64,000 nucleotides of DNA, from assembly GCA_004431415.1 (NCBI GenBank), contig QPMI01000114.1, positions 69,312 through 133,311 on the forward strand, in the 5' to 3' direction. How positions within the stretch are numbered: position 1 is the first letter of the stretch; every line of letters starts with the position of its first letter. A program made the position numbers and the translations under genes. The stretch comes from Cyanophora paradoxa CCMP329 (lineage: Eukaryota; Plantae; Glaucophyta). Below are positions 20,032 to 31,463 of this stretch, piece after piece. The notes under the pieces are model-generated. The model was not told the origin of the DNA and searched no databases. It saw only the letters and a program-made list of their open reading frames with translations.

Positions 20032-23000
20032 TAATTCAATGAATTCGCACACACCGAGACAATACGGCTAATGATAGAACTGAGGTGTCCGTAAAGTGTC
20101 AAGTCGAAAGATGAGCCTACTGGTTACGCCGGGTAGGGAACCTAACAGCCATCGGACAGGGTGGAGCTAGTCAAGGAGACGTAAACTAAAGCAAAGCTAA
20201 CCCAGAGCAGAGAGCTACTACCTATACATCTAGCCTAGCTTAGGACTAGGCTACAGAGAGGACTACCCAGGGGTCTACGAGTGCTGCCTGCTAGTGCTGC
20301 CTGCCTAGGGACCGTCGGGACGTCCGGAGCTCGCGGGCTGTTCTACTGTACGGTAGGAAAGCCAGGACGGACCCGCGGTCTAATCTGCCTACTCTCGACG
20401 CGGCCGCGACTACAGTTAGCGCGGCGGGCTCCGCGTCGAGGGGGCCGCTCGCCCGAAGCGCGGGTGGAAGCACGTCGGCGTAGAGGGGCCGAGGGGAATG
20501 AGGCGAGGGGGACGTTGCGGGGAAGAAGTGGGGCGGGACGGAGAAGGTCGGCGCCGGCCGTGGCGGGGGGGGGGAGGGTCGGATTTCTCGGTCAGCAGGG
20601 CTTCCAGCCTCGAACCAGCCGCCGCACCCCGCCGCGGGCAATTGCGAGCCCCCTCCGCGGCGGTCCTTCAACCCACGGTCCTGGCACGATGGCCGGGGTA
20701 TCTGGTGGGTGCAACGACCAGCCGAAGCCTTCCGCCAAGCCTTCCGGTCCATCGTTCCCTCCCTGTCGAGGCGCGAGGAGCGTTGGCGAGGTCGTGAGTG
20801 GGAGGCAGGGCCAAGAGAGCGAGCAGGAGGGCAGAACGGGAGAGGGAGGCAAGGCAGGCGCTCGCTTGGGCGGGCCCAGCGAGTCGGACGGGGCGGCTAT
20901 ATCTAGTGTGTGCGAGGCTAAGAGTAGAGCAGGGAAGTTTCTCGAGGACTAGGTATGGTGAAGTAGTAGGTAGGTGGTGTCGAGAGTCTCCTCCCGACGT
21001 AGCCCCCCCCCCCCCCCCCCCTTTCGCGCGACTCGGGTACCGTTTAGAGCGGGCTAGGATGTGGCTCCCAAGGGCGTACCTTGACGCAATCGTAGAGCTC
21101 TTGGGCGCGGAGCGCCGCCTTCCAGCCCGCGTACTCCGGTGGGCAGTCTGCGTTCCGAGCGGCGTTGAGTAGATTGTGAAGGCGAATCGGCCCGTCGCAG
21201 GCGGCGCAGACTTCCTTACAGGTCCGGGGCCGCGGGCCCGCTCTCGGGCGCGGGCGCCCGTGCGGGGCGGGCGCGGTCGCTTCTTTGAGGCCTGGGAGAC
21301 GCGGCAGTCGCGTTCCCACTCCGCGTTGATTTCGCAGCGACGTGACCAGAGGCGTCGGGCCCGCTCCAGAAGCGTCTGCCGAACGCGTTTAGCTGCGCGT
21401 GCCGCGTACCGGGGTGCAAGGTTCAGGCAGCGTGCGAGGGCGCTTTCTAGACTCTGCGGAGCAAGGCCCTGGAGCACCCAGAGGCGCGGGTACGCGTACG
21501 GCCTACCATCGTAGCTGCGCGCCTCGGCGTCGTCGTCCGCGACGCGGAGGAAGATTGGGACCAGGTCGGGGGCAAGGAGGGCTCCTGCTGGCGGCGCTGT
21601 GAGTCCGTGGGCCTCTCTGTATGCGCAGAGCAGAAGTCGGTTCAGTTCGCGAGCAGTCTCCGCGCGGTGCGCGACCGCATGCGGACCCGGGCACAGGAAG
21701 ACGTGCGGGAAAGTTTCAGTCGGGCCTGCGGTAAGAGCCGTCGGTGCCCGGTTCGGGCGGCTGGGGCCCGCTGCTGGTTGGGCATGCGAGGCCTCTGGTG
21801 CAGTCTGGCTGTTCTGTGAGGCTGTCGGGCCGCTAGTCTCTGCACGAGGGAAAGGCGTTCTGGTGGCGCAGCCCGCACAGCGTCCCCCAGGGTTGCAGGC
21901 GGCGTAGAGTTCCTTCTGGTCACGTACCCGGGCTTCGTTCGCTGGTAGCGAGCTACAGAGCAGCTGCGTCCGAAACTTGAATAGCGCGTTGCGGGCTCCA
22001 TTGGCGCCTTGGAATCGGGAGCCTACGCTCGTTTCCGCATATAGCCCTGCTATGTCTGCGCCGTCGGCGCCTCGGCGCAGGAGCGCGCCAGCCAGCGGTT
22101 GTTGGGTCCAGGCAAAGTGCGTCTGGTGCTCGTGAAGTGCGTCCATGTGTGCCTTGGGGTCCCCTTCCACCCGTCGTGTGCGCCCGTCGGGGTCGCTGAT
22201 GGTGAGCACCGCAGGCATGCTGAAGGCCGGCGGCAGAAAGAGAGGTTCATGCCGGTTTTCGTCCGCCAGATCCAGGTCGGCCGCCACGTTCGCTCCGGCG
22301 TCCGCGATGTCGTTGTGGGGGTCGCGGGCGTCGCCCTTCGCGTGCGCTTTGACTTTGACGAGTTTGAGCGGCCGCCCGCGCTCCTCTAGCATTGTCCTGA
22401 GCTTGCTCCATGCGTACAGTTCCGCGGAGCAGGCGTGCCGGATGTATTCCGCGGGCTGCGGCAGCTCGCGTGCTGGACGAAATCGGAGTACCAGCGGATC
22501 GCGTTCATGTTGTCGACGTGTAGAACCGCTCCGAAAGGCGAGAGCAGGTCAGCCATGAGCACCGCCTGGAGTTCCGCCTTGTTGATCTCCTGCAGGCCCC
22601 GGAGCCGGGCAAAGAAGTCCGTGAGGATACCCGGCGGGTGCAGGCTTGCGCCAGTTCTGAGGTCCGTTTCCGGCCAGTGTACTGCGTAGCCCGCGCGAGC
22701 GTTAACCGTCTGGCCCTCTTTCAGGCTCCCGTCCGTCCAGGCGTACGCTGGGGCGTCGGCCACGTATGAGCCGCCGGACGCCGCCTCGGCCTCCAGGTGC
22801 TCTTTGCGGTAGCGGGCTTCGAGGCCCTTCCAGGTCTCCAGGTATGCAACCCAACTGTACGGATCGGCCTGATAGTAATATAGCTCGCGCGCCTCCTTGT
22901 TGGAGCTGACCGGGGGCGCTTCATCTTGCGGCAGGGGGGCAAGTCGGGCGGGTTCGCCTCGAGCGTGGCGAGGTGAGCGGCGTCGGGCTCGGAGAGGAGG

Positions 23001-26000
23001 TGCCAGTTGACCCTCTCATCGCCCTCCTGCTTTGCCTGCAGCAGCATCCGCCATCGGTGCGCAGTGATGGTCGCGGCCGCCTGCCTGAAGGGCTTGAAGT
23101 ATTCAAGACGGGCTTGGCGCAGGACCTGGCGACTGGCGCGCCCGAGCGCGTCTGTACCTGCCCTCGCATTCTTCCACGGGGGCGCCCGACACTTCTACTA
23201 GCTCCACCGTGCCGGGGATCGTGCAGAGTGCGGACGCGTGCTCTACCCATCCTCCCACCGCCGTCCCGTACTTGCCCTCGTCATCGCAGGTGCTCGTCGC
23301 CCGGCAGGCCGCGCCGGCGCCTTGAGGGCAGACGTGGTTGTCGTGCCAGTGGCGGCGGCCCTCTCCCGGTACGATATTAAAGCGGCGCGCAGCTGGGGCG
23401 GGCGGCCCTTCGCGGGGTCCGAGCTGACAGTGGCCATCGCAGCGGCAGTAGGCTCCGTTGGCCTCGTCGTCGGCCTCTTCTGGACGGGGACCCAGTGCTC
23501 CAGCCGGCACTCCGTCGCTACTAGGCTGCCGGCCTCGGCCTCAGCGGAGCGGACCCGGCCGATTTCCGGTACCGCATCCGTCTCGTGAATCGTTGCGAGG
23601 TCGTAGTAGCAGACGAAGTCTCCCGGTTGGTGAATTAACTTCCTTGCCCCGCCCGGAAGCTGTACCATGGCCGAGGAAGGGGTACCGGGCGGTTGCCGCA
23701 TGGGGTATCGGAGGGCGCCCGAACCGCGCCCGTCGATCGTGAGGGCCTTGGCCACCGCCTTCCACCAGGCGGGCGCTGCCCAAGGGAGCGTGCCGCGGGG
23801 GGCGCGGAGGTGCAGGTCTCGCCAGGTGCAGAGGCGTTCCCCATCGCGCGCCGTGACGTCGGACATCCAGTAGAGCCGTGCGCGGTGGAGGGCGGGCGCA
23901 GCCGTGCTGAACACTTCCCGGGGAATGTGTGAGGTAAGCACGAATTCCCGGCGCAGTTCCGCGGGGTCGGGCCAAGTGGCTGCGGGGGGGTACGGCGTGA
24001 ACAAGAAGCGGGCGTGGTTGGACTGGATCCGGTAGAGCCGGCGCTGCAGGAGCGGCATCACTGCGGCGATCGCATTCGATCGAGCAAGCTGGCGTGACAC
24101 TGGGGCGTTCAGGAACTCGGTCGGCAGCAGCGGGACGCCTAGCTTGCGCTGGAGGTCCCGGATGCGGTGCATCATCACCTGAGATAGCAGCTCTTCCGGC
24201 TCGCCACAGAGGCGGACGAGCAGATCCGTGATTTGGTTCTTGGCCATCATGTGCGCTGTGCGCGGCAGGCTGTACGTGCCGTGGCTCCAGAGCGCGTAGT
24301 TGGAAGTCGATGCCGCCAGGCCCCCATGGTGCTTAACCACGCGCATCCAGATGGCATCTAGGCGATCGCACTGCCTCTCTGTGAGCGGCGTCACTTTGAG
24401 CCCGTAGGCGATCCGCGCCTGCACGACGGCCTCGACAACGTAGCAGGCCTCTTGCGCGGTCAGCTGCTTACGAGCTATGACCGCCACCGTCTCGCGAGCC
24501 TGCGTTTCCATCTGTCTGATCTGCTCCTTCCACGACAGGTTCGCGGTCAGGTAGACGCCGAGCAGCTTGAAATGCTCGCCCGGTTTCAGCTTCTTGCCGA
24601 CCGGGACGCGGGGATTGCCGAGCAGCGGGGGTTCAGGCTCGGGTGAGACGTTGTTGTACGCAAACTCTGTTTTCCGCGCGTTGACGGCGATGTCGTGCAG
24701 GCGGAAGAATTCAGACGCCACGTCCGCGAGCATCTGGATCCCTTCGGCCGATCCGCTCATCCACTGCGTGTCGTCCGCGTAGGCGCTCCCGGTCACCCGT
24801 GCGGGGGCGAAGTCCGCGTCGTCTTCGCCCATGCCCATGACGTACGCGACCCCCGCGCCCCCCTTTTCCTGCTCGAGCCTGTCCAATTCTTGTTGAGCGC
24901 AGAGCAAGGCATCGTAGAAGATGAGCCAGTGGAGCGGGGATTCGATGCCGCCCTGCGGGAGCCCACATTCGAGTTCAAACACGTCTGACAGTCCGTGGCC
25001 CGTGATAGCTCGCGCCCGGCGTCGTTCGAATATGTTGCGGTGCAGGTCGATGTACGTCTCGGGGGCCCCGATGCGTCGGAGGGAGAGCTCCATGCTGGCC
25101 CAGGAAACTGAATCGTACGCCCGTCTGATATCCTGTAGCAAGAGGTAGATGGGCTTGCGGTGCTCCTTAGCGTCCTCTAGAATAGCGACCATTAGGTGAA
25201 GGGCATCATCGGTCGCCTTAGCCTTCCTGAAGCCATAATTTACCCCTTAAGGATTCCGTGCTTCTCGATGGCCTCGGCTAGCCGTTTCGTGACGAGGCCC
25301 GTCGTTAGCTTGAGGCCAACTTCCTGCAGCGTGATCGGGCGGAGGTTCCCTTCAATGTCTCCGTCCCAGCTCCCGTTCTTGGGGATCCCGAAGATATTGC
25401 TCTCACACATCTCGGCGGGCAGGTCGCGCAGGCGGAGGGCCTCGCAGACGATGGCCATCAGGAGCCGACGACCGCGGGGGGGGTACGCCTCTGGATCCAT
25501 GGCGTCCGGCAGGTCGGGGTTCCAGAGCGTCTTCAGGATCGCGTTCGTGCAGTTGGAGGGCCCTCCCGCTCCATCCGTGAGCGAGCGCACGTGTGCCCCT
25601 AGCTCTTCGTACGTAGGCTCAGCCATGACTCCCGCGAAGGCTTCCGCGGTCGCCACGTGCGTCCGAGGGGGCGGTAGAGCGCGCGCCAGAAGTCGGGGGG
25701 CAGGAAGGCTAGCTGGGAGTCGGGTATTAAGTCCGCTGTGCACCCTACCAGGGGGTTTCTCTTCGCACACCACTGACGCCAGTGCTCCGCCATCACTGCC
25801 TTCACCTCCTCGGGGCCGTGTAAATTTCATAGAAGTTGCCTTCGCGCGCGAGGCGGGTGACGTGCATGATCGGCTCCCCCTGGACCGCTCCAGAATGGAG
25901 TCTAGATAGCTGCGCAGCTTGCGCGGGTCTGCAAACCGGGCCTGGCGCGCAGTAACGAATTCCTGGATCTGTCGCTGCTTCTCTGCGCGCGTCTCGTGTT

Positions 26001-28310
26001 GGTGGCGCCGGCGGACGCGGTTGCGCCATGCGTTCAGCGACCGGAAGTACAGCCGCCACGCTACGTAGCGCCCCGGGAACGGCGCCTCGTCGTCAGCGTC
26101 GCGTACGGGGCGGCGGGGCATGGGTTCGGGTCCGGGGACGAGCCCTTTGATGAGAGCCTCCAGTTTCTCGATCCGGGCGACCAGCGGGGCCGACGGCAAG
26201 CCTCCGGGCGCTTCAACAGTCCATCCAGCGATCAGGCGCTCCACTTTCTTGGACATGACCAGCTGCCACGGCACCGCTCTGCGAGTGGGCGGGCGCGATC
26301 CGCGGGCTTTCAAGCATTTGTGTTCCTTAGCGAGTGTCAGCACCGCCTCCGTGGCCTGTCGGTAGAGAGAGCTGACCCGGTCCCTGCGCTCTTGTTCCGT
26401 GCCCGCCGCGCCTAGCGCTTTCTCAAGATCGCTTTCCAGGGCTTGCAGACGGTCTTCTACAGCCTTTCGGAAGGCCGGCAGCTTCTCCTTCTCAGTAGGT
26501 GCGGTGCGAAGAGCGGCGGCGGGTGCGCCGGGCGGGCATCGCCCGCGGGCGGTCTGGCGAGTTCGGCTTTGAGCAGATCGTAGTCGGCCATGACCGGGAA
26601 GTGGTCAGAGGGGTGCGGTAGCGCACCTCTGGCGGCAGCGGGTGCACCGCCAGGAGCGCTGGCGCGAGACCTGCAGAGTGCAACACCGCATCGATACGTC
26701 CTGCCGAGATGACCGCGGCGCCTTCGGCGACGGCGGGCCCGTCCATTTGCTGGTCCTGTTCCGAGTCCGAGTCGTCGGCGCCGTCGTCCCCGCCATCCTC
26801 TTCGGCGCCGTGCTGGCTCGGGCCGCGCCTGATGAAGGTAACTTCGTGTTCGTGGCCTTTCTGTGTCGCCGCGTCAACTAGTGCCCAGGTGCCGGTCAGT
26901 TTTCCCCACCACTCGCGTTCCGGCGTCCAGGACTGGACGAACCGTCCCGCGCGGATGCGGGACGTGGCCGGCGTCTTCACGGAGTTCCAGTCGCCGAGAA
27001 GGATGAGGTGCGCGGTCGAGCGCGATCGGAAGTCCGCGTAGATGCGCTCGATGCATTCGAGGAGCGCCGCCTGATCGGTCTTGTGCTCAGGCTTCCGCTG
27101 GGTGGCCGGCATGTATACGCTCACTACGAAGAGCTGGCGGTTTCCCTTAAAGCGCATTTCACAGCCGGCAAGCCGGCCCGGGTAGTGATAGTGGCGCGCG
27201 ATGTGCCGCGCCCAGGGCGCCGCCACCCATAGCGCCGCTCCGTTTCCTTTCGGTTTTGTTTTCTTAATTGAGTGGATTAGGCGACCCCGCGTGATCGAGC
27301 TCTTGGGGGGCTCGCCGGGCTCCGCTGCCGGGGTGAAGAGCGCCGAGTGCAGTTCGGCGCGCGTGACTGAGAGCTCTTGGAGAGCCATCACGTCGACCCC
27401 CCATTTCACGGCGAAGTCTTCGGCCTGCTGAAGCCGGCCCTCGGACGTGCCCCGCACGTTAAAGGTCATCATCCTGAGATTCCCCTCCGGCTTGTGGCGC
27501 ATGAGCGATGGGGGCGGGCCTATGAGGGGGCTCCCTGAGGCGTAATGGGTGGTTGGGAAAAGGTCGCCAAACGAGATATGCCCCGGAGCGTTAGTGTTGA
27601 CGTCTACAGCGGCAGACACGTTAGGGGGGTCGGACAGCGTCTAGGGTTGGAGGATGTCTGTGCTCGGCGGGACGCGCGCAGCGGTCCGACTGATCAGCTA
27701 GTTGGTCACATCTGGCTGCCCAGAGATGCGCGTGCACGTGGTTCCAGGCGTGCGTGTGCCTAGCCGCCCCGGACCCGTCGCCTGTGCGCCGCATCGTCCA
27801 AGTCTCAAAAGTCTGCGGTCGGGAAGCCGTCAAATTACAGCTGACACGTACAGTAGCGGCCTCGCAGGAAAGGGGCGCTAAATGCGCGTCTGGGCGGGAA
27901 ATGGGCGATGCGGCTTGCCCAGCCTCAGCGACTTGGCGCTTGGGGGAGGAGGAGGAGGCGGGTCTGAGAGCGGGTCGGTAGAGAGCGGGTCGGCAGCGGG
28001 TGTATGGCGAGGCGTGGCCAGGGAGGCCAGACGTAGCTCGGCAAGGAGATTGATTCAAGAGGGCGGTCCAGGGTGTGCGTGAGACGCGGTAACTGCTTGC
28101 AGTTACATCACCCAGGGACTCCCGGGCGATGTTGCCGCGTTGGCGGGGCGGTTTGGAGAGAGTGGCCGGCATACCTACGCAGACATCGCGGCGGACGCTA
28201 CCTAGGCTGTCGCGGCCTCTACTCTCGCACTGGTGATCGCGCACGCAGCGCTACGCTGCGAGCTAGGCGGGTTGGCAGGCGCCTTCCTGTTTTTTTCCCA
28301 CGGGGGGTAT
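20032..28310 (-). mobile_element. LINE-B: apparently near-full-length APE-RT-RNase H non-LTR retrotransposon related to LINE-A
   Basis: 21-bp TSD; complete APE, RT and RNase H; ~1-kb 3' UTR; second copy at 46679-49189. Confidence 0.92.
21044..27619 (-). pseudogene. LINE-B polyprotein (APE, RT, RNase H, CCHC-like, C-terminal Zn motif) with several frameshifts
   Basis: TFNVRG, DVMALQE, SVYMP, LGDWN, GRID, SDHFPV; LRPITL, DIRRAYDSV, GLPQGG, AYADD; WTDGS, KAELQA, HVDN, KVKAH..NDIAD; LWSRRC..WE; CAAC..H..C. Split across multiple ORFs. Confidence 0.88.
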
Positions 28311-28331
28311 CGCGGACCCCTTCCTCCTACC
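28311..28331 (+). repeat. Second TSD copy of LINE-B
   Basis: Identical to 20011-20031. Confidence 0.92.
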
Positions 28332-28632
28332 GCTCCTCCTCCAATCTTAGAGATTTAGGATAGAGCGCACCACGGCCACATTCTACGAGACATCAAGCGG
28401 GCATCTAGGACCGTGCAGCTCACCATGCCACGCTCACTGCTAGAGGACCGGCGCATATTATGTTCTGGAGGCGACTCGGTAGACTACAGCTAAAGCACCA
28501 GCTCGACACGACTACTAGCTGTAGCACTCTTGTCACCTATCTCCTCCTGCAGTCAGCATCCCAGTATCCGGTAGGCGAGGAGCGGGGGACTGTTGTCAAG
28601 TGTGTACGAATGCAACAGGATTTCCAAAAAAA

Positions 28633-28649
28633 CACGCCCTGTCCTCTGA
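28633..28649 (+). repeat. Right TSD of LINE-A
   Basis: Identical to 9326-9342; follows the A7 tail. Confidence 0.9.
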
Positions 28650-29150
28650 TGTTCTCACAGGGCGGCCGCCCCGCCCGTGCCTGCCCCCCTCCCTGGAGCC
28701 CCCGTAGACCCCCTCTAATAGGATAAAACACCAGGCGCCCCAGACGCAATAATTATAAGATCTAGACCCGGGGGCGCGCCCGTGCGCTTAGCTCGCGCCC
28801 CCCCCCTACCCCTCCCTCCCCCCCCCCCCCCCCACCCCCTTATCAGCTGCAGTCACATATCATAGCGGCTATCGCAAGCTACCTAGATGCCCTACCCCGC
28901 CCCGCCTCCGCTCCGCCCCCTCCGGGCCCCCGGTGGGGGTACGCCTTCGCCGGCGTCTTGGAATCAGTCGTGCTGGAACCCGGCCACACCTGGCCTGGGC
29001 CCTCAGGGGGTCGGCGCAAGCCTGCAACAGGTGCAAACGTGACCGCCTCGTTCTCATTGATGCGATGTAGTACCTTGACCGTAAATGGAGGAGCACCCAG
29101 AGCTCAAAAAAGCGGCGCCATCGAGGTCCTTCCTCGATTCCTGATCACGA

Positions 29151-29984
29151 TCACGGTGGCAACTTGAACTCTTCCAAGTAGTCTTGCAAGATCTTCCCAT
29201 GGTCGAAAGACATTCGATCCCTGCAGGCACGTTTATGTTGAGCTTCGAGAATGGACCAATTGCAAAGAGGTTGCAAATCTTGCATTCTGGAGTCAGGGCC
29301 AGTTGCTCACCAAGGGATAGAGTCCACTGGGATCGCATGTACTTCCCGTGCGTCGTCCTTGGCTTTCATCGTCCCTCTCGCCTTTCCAACGAACACCAAG
29401 GAAACTGTGTGGCGCCTCGGATCCCGCTTTGGATCACTATAAGTCCTCCACTGTCTGAAATCGTACAGATGCAGATTTGTTTCTTCGTGGGTCTCTCGTT
29501 GTGCTGCGTCCTCCATCGACTCGCCGTAATCCTGAAGAATTCAGAGAGAAGTGCGGTAGTTGGTGGCGCGTGCCCACCACGAAGCCACCCGGCAGCGCCA
29601 GGCCGAACGGAGGGTTCAGGCGCTCTCCCAGAACGATCGCGCGCTTGCCGTCCACGGTCATCTCGATGATGGCATCGACAGCGAGGAAGGGACCTGGGGG
29701 ACGCGGGAGAGCGCTTTAGTGGCTCGGAGTGGCTCTGAGCATGTTCATCGGACCGGTGTTCACGGCGAGCATGCCCGACGGGATCGCCTGCACATGCGCT
29801 CATCAGAGATGCATGCGCTCGATCGCGATACACATGCGCGCCGGCGCCGGTGCGTGCGCACCCTGCAAAAGCTGAGGGCCAGCCGCGGCGCATACAGGTA
29901 TCCGACAATCGCGAGTGCCAGTGCCGGCGCCGCGATGAGCCAGGCGCTGCGCGAGGTGCCCGCCGGCCGCGCCTTTCCCGCCAT
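29151..29984 (-). CDS. Nudix hydrolase (ADP-ribose pyrophosphatase-like) with N-terminal membrane anchor, multi-exon
   Basis: Spliced GPFLAVDAII..NPPFGLALPGGFV|DYGESMEDAAQRETHEETNL (Nudix box), YSDPKRDPRRHTVS, W|DRMSFDHGKILQDY; N-terminus WLIAAPALALAIVGYLY. Confidence 0.88.
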
Positions 29985-30224
29985 GCGCGTGTTAAGCGCT
30001 CCAGACCCGATATAAGCTTAGCTGGGTTCTAGCTGGCAACGCTGGCTAACTTAGCCTAACTCAGGCTAACTGGCTAAAGCGGGTACACGAATCAAAATTC
30101 AAATTCTAGCGATACCGATCTACCCAGGTCTCTCACCACACTGTGACCACAGTGTGTGACCACACACAAACACGTCGGTACCGCCGGGACGAGTCCGTGC
30201 TGCGTGGCGATTCAAATTCTGGCG

Positions 30225-31463
30225 ATGCCGTCGGAGGGGCAGACCGACGCGCAGATCGCTGCCTGGTGGGAGGTGCGATCTGTTCGATTCGGACAGCCCA
30301 CCGGCGCTCCTAACCGGCGACCAGCGGAAGTACGAGGAGGCCGTGGAGTTGTGGGGCGAATGCGAGCGGAGAGCGACAGCGCTGCACGAGGAGAACAAGC
30401 GGTTGCAGGAGGCGGTCGAGAAGCTACAGGGAGACGAGCGCGCCTCGAATCGAGCTCTAAAGAAAAAGCTGGATGCTAGCGAGGTGCTGTTCCAGCGCCT
30501 GCTGGAGAACGTGGAAGACGAGCGTCGCCAGAACCAGGAGCTGAGGGAGTGCGGTGCGGCGAACCGAGCCTCCGGCCGGTCGCCCCTTGCTCACGGTCGC
30601 CCGCAGCCAAGGCTTCAGAGCGGCGCAAGCGGGAGGTGGAGGGAGCGTTCCAGCAGATCCTCGAGGAGGCGGAGGCGCTGCGGCACTCCAACAACGAGCT
30701 TGCAATGTCGTCAGCCGAGGTCCTGAAGGTCCAGACGCCGCGGCCGGACGCGCCGCGAGGGCCGCCCCAGCGCCGCCGCAGGTGAACGAGGTGCTGCACG
30801 AGCGCGTGAGGCTGTTGGAGGGGCATGTACAACTACTCCAGGTCCGCTGCCGGATCGGGACCCGAGTGCAGCGCGACCCTCAGGCGGGGTGTCGCAGGAG
30901 CAGCTGGAACAGCTCCGCGGCGAGAACGCGGAGCTGAAGACCGAGGCGCGGTCCTCCGCGGCTGCCGCGGCAGCGGCCGCCGCCGCCGCTTCCGCCTCCG
31001 CGTACCAGTGTGACTGCCGCTACTCGGTTCCGGCCCCTGCGCCGCCGCCGCCGCAGCCTCCGGTTCGGTATGCCTCGGACAGGATCGAGGAGGAGATCAA
31101 CAGGCGCCTGGGGCGATCCTGGGGAGCCTCGAGCGGCTGCACACCAGCGCTAGCGCCCCGGCGAGCCCGGCACCGCACCGCGCCCGCCTCTCCCTTTCCC
31201 CCGCCCGGCCCCTCTGGTCACCCAGGCGGCCGCCGCGCGCGCCGTCTCCGCCCGCCCCGCCGCCGGCACGAGGAGCTGGAGGAGGTGGCGTATCCGCCGA
31301 GGAGGGGAGGGCCCAGAGGAGGCCGAGGACATTGACGCCCTCGCGATCGCCGGGGACGTGCGACGGGCGCTCCGCCAGGGCACCCGGGACGCCAGCCAGG
31401 CAGCCGCCCCGGCCCGGCGCGCCCCGACCCGGCCCCTCTCGACCTACCCACCCCAAAGCCTAG
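30225..31463 (+). CDS. Coiled-coil protein of unknown function, multi-exon
   Basis: MPSEGQTDAQIAAWWE|RKYEEAVELW...; heptad-rich exons joined by GT-AG introns; divergent from the Nudix gene. Confidence 0.7.

Larger units (their letters stand above)
9343..28632 (+). mobile_element. LINE-A: 5'-truncated APE-type non-LTR retrotransposon with RNase H; LINE-B nested in its 3' UTR
   Basis: 17-bp TSD; reading frame opens at the first base after the TSD; A7 tail at 28626-28632; RT, RNase H and CCHC motifs. Confidence 0.9.

Noticed and set aside
20668-21043. LINE-B C-terminal extension in ORF 20668-22392
   Set aside because: The second copy and LINE-A homology show the true C-terminus is the CAAC frame ending at 21044; the extension results from a frameshift
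27621-28244. LINE-B ORF1
   Set aside because: No zinc knuckle, RRM or coiled-coil; non-ATG start; could be UTR or a frameshifted N-terminal extension
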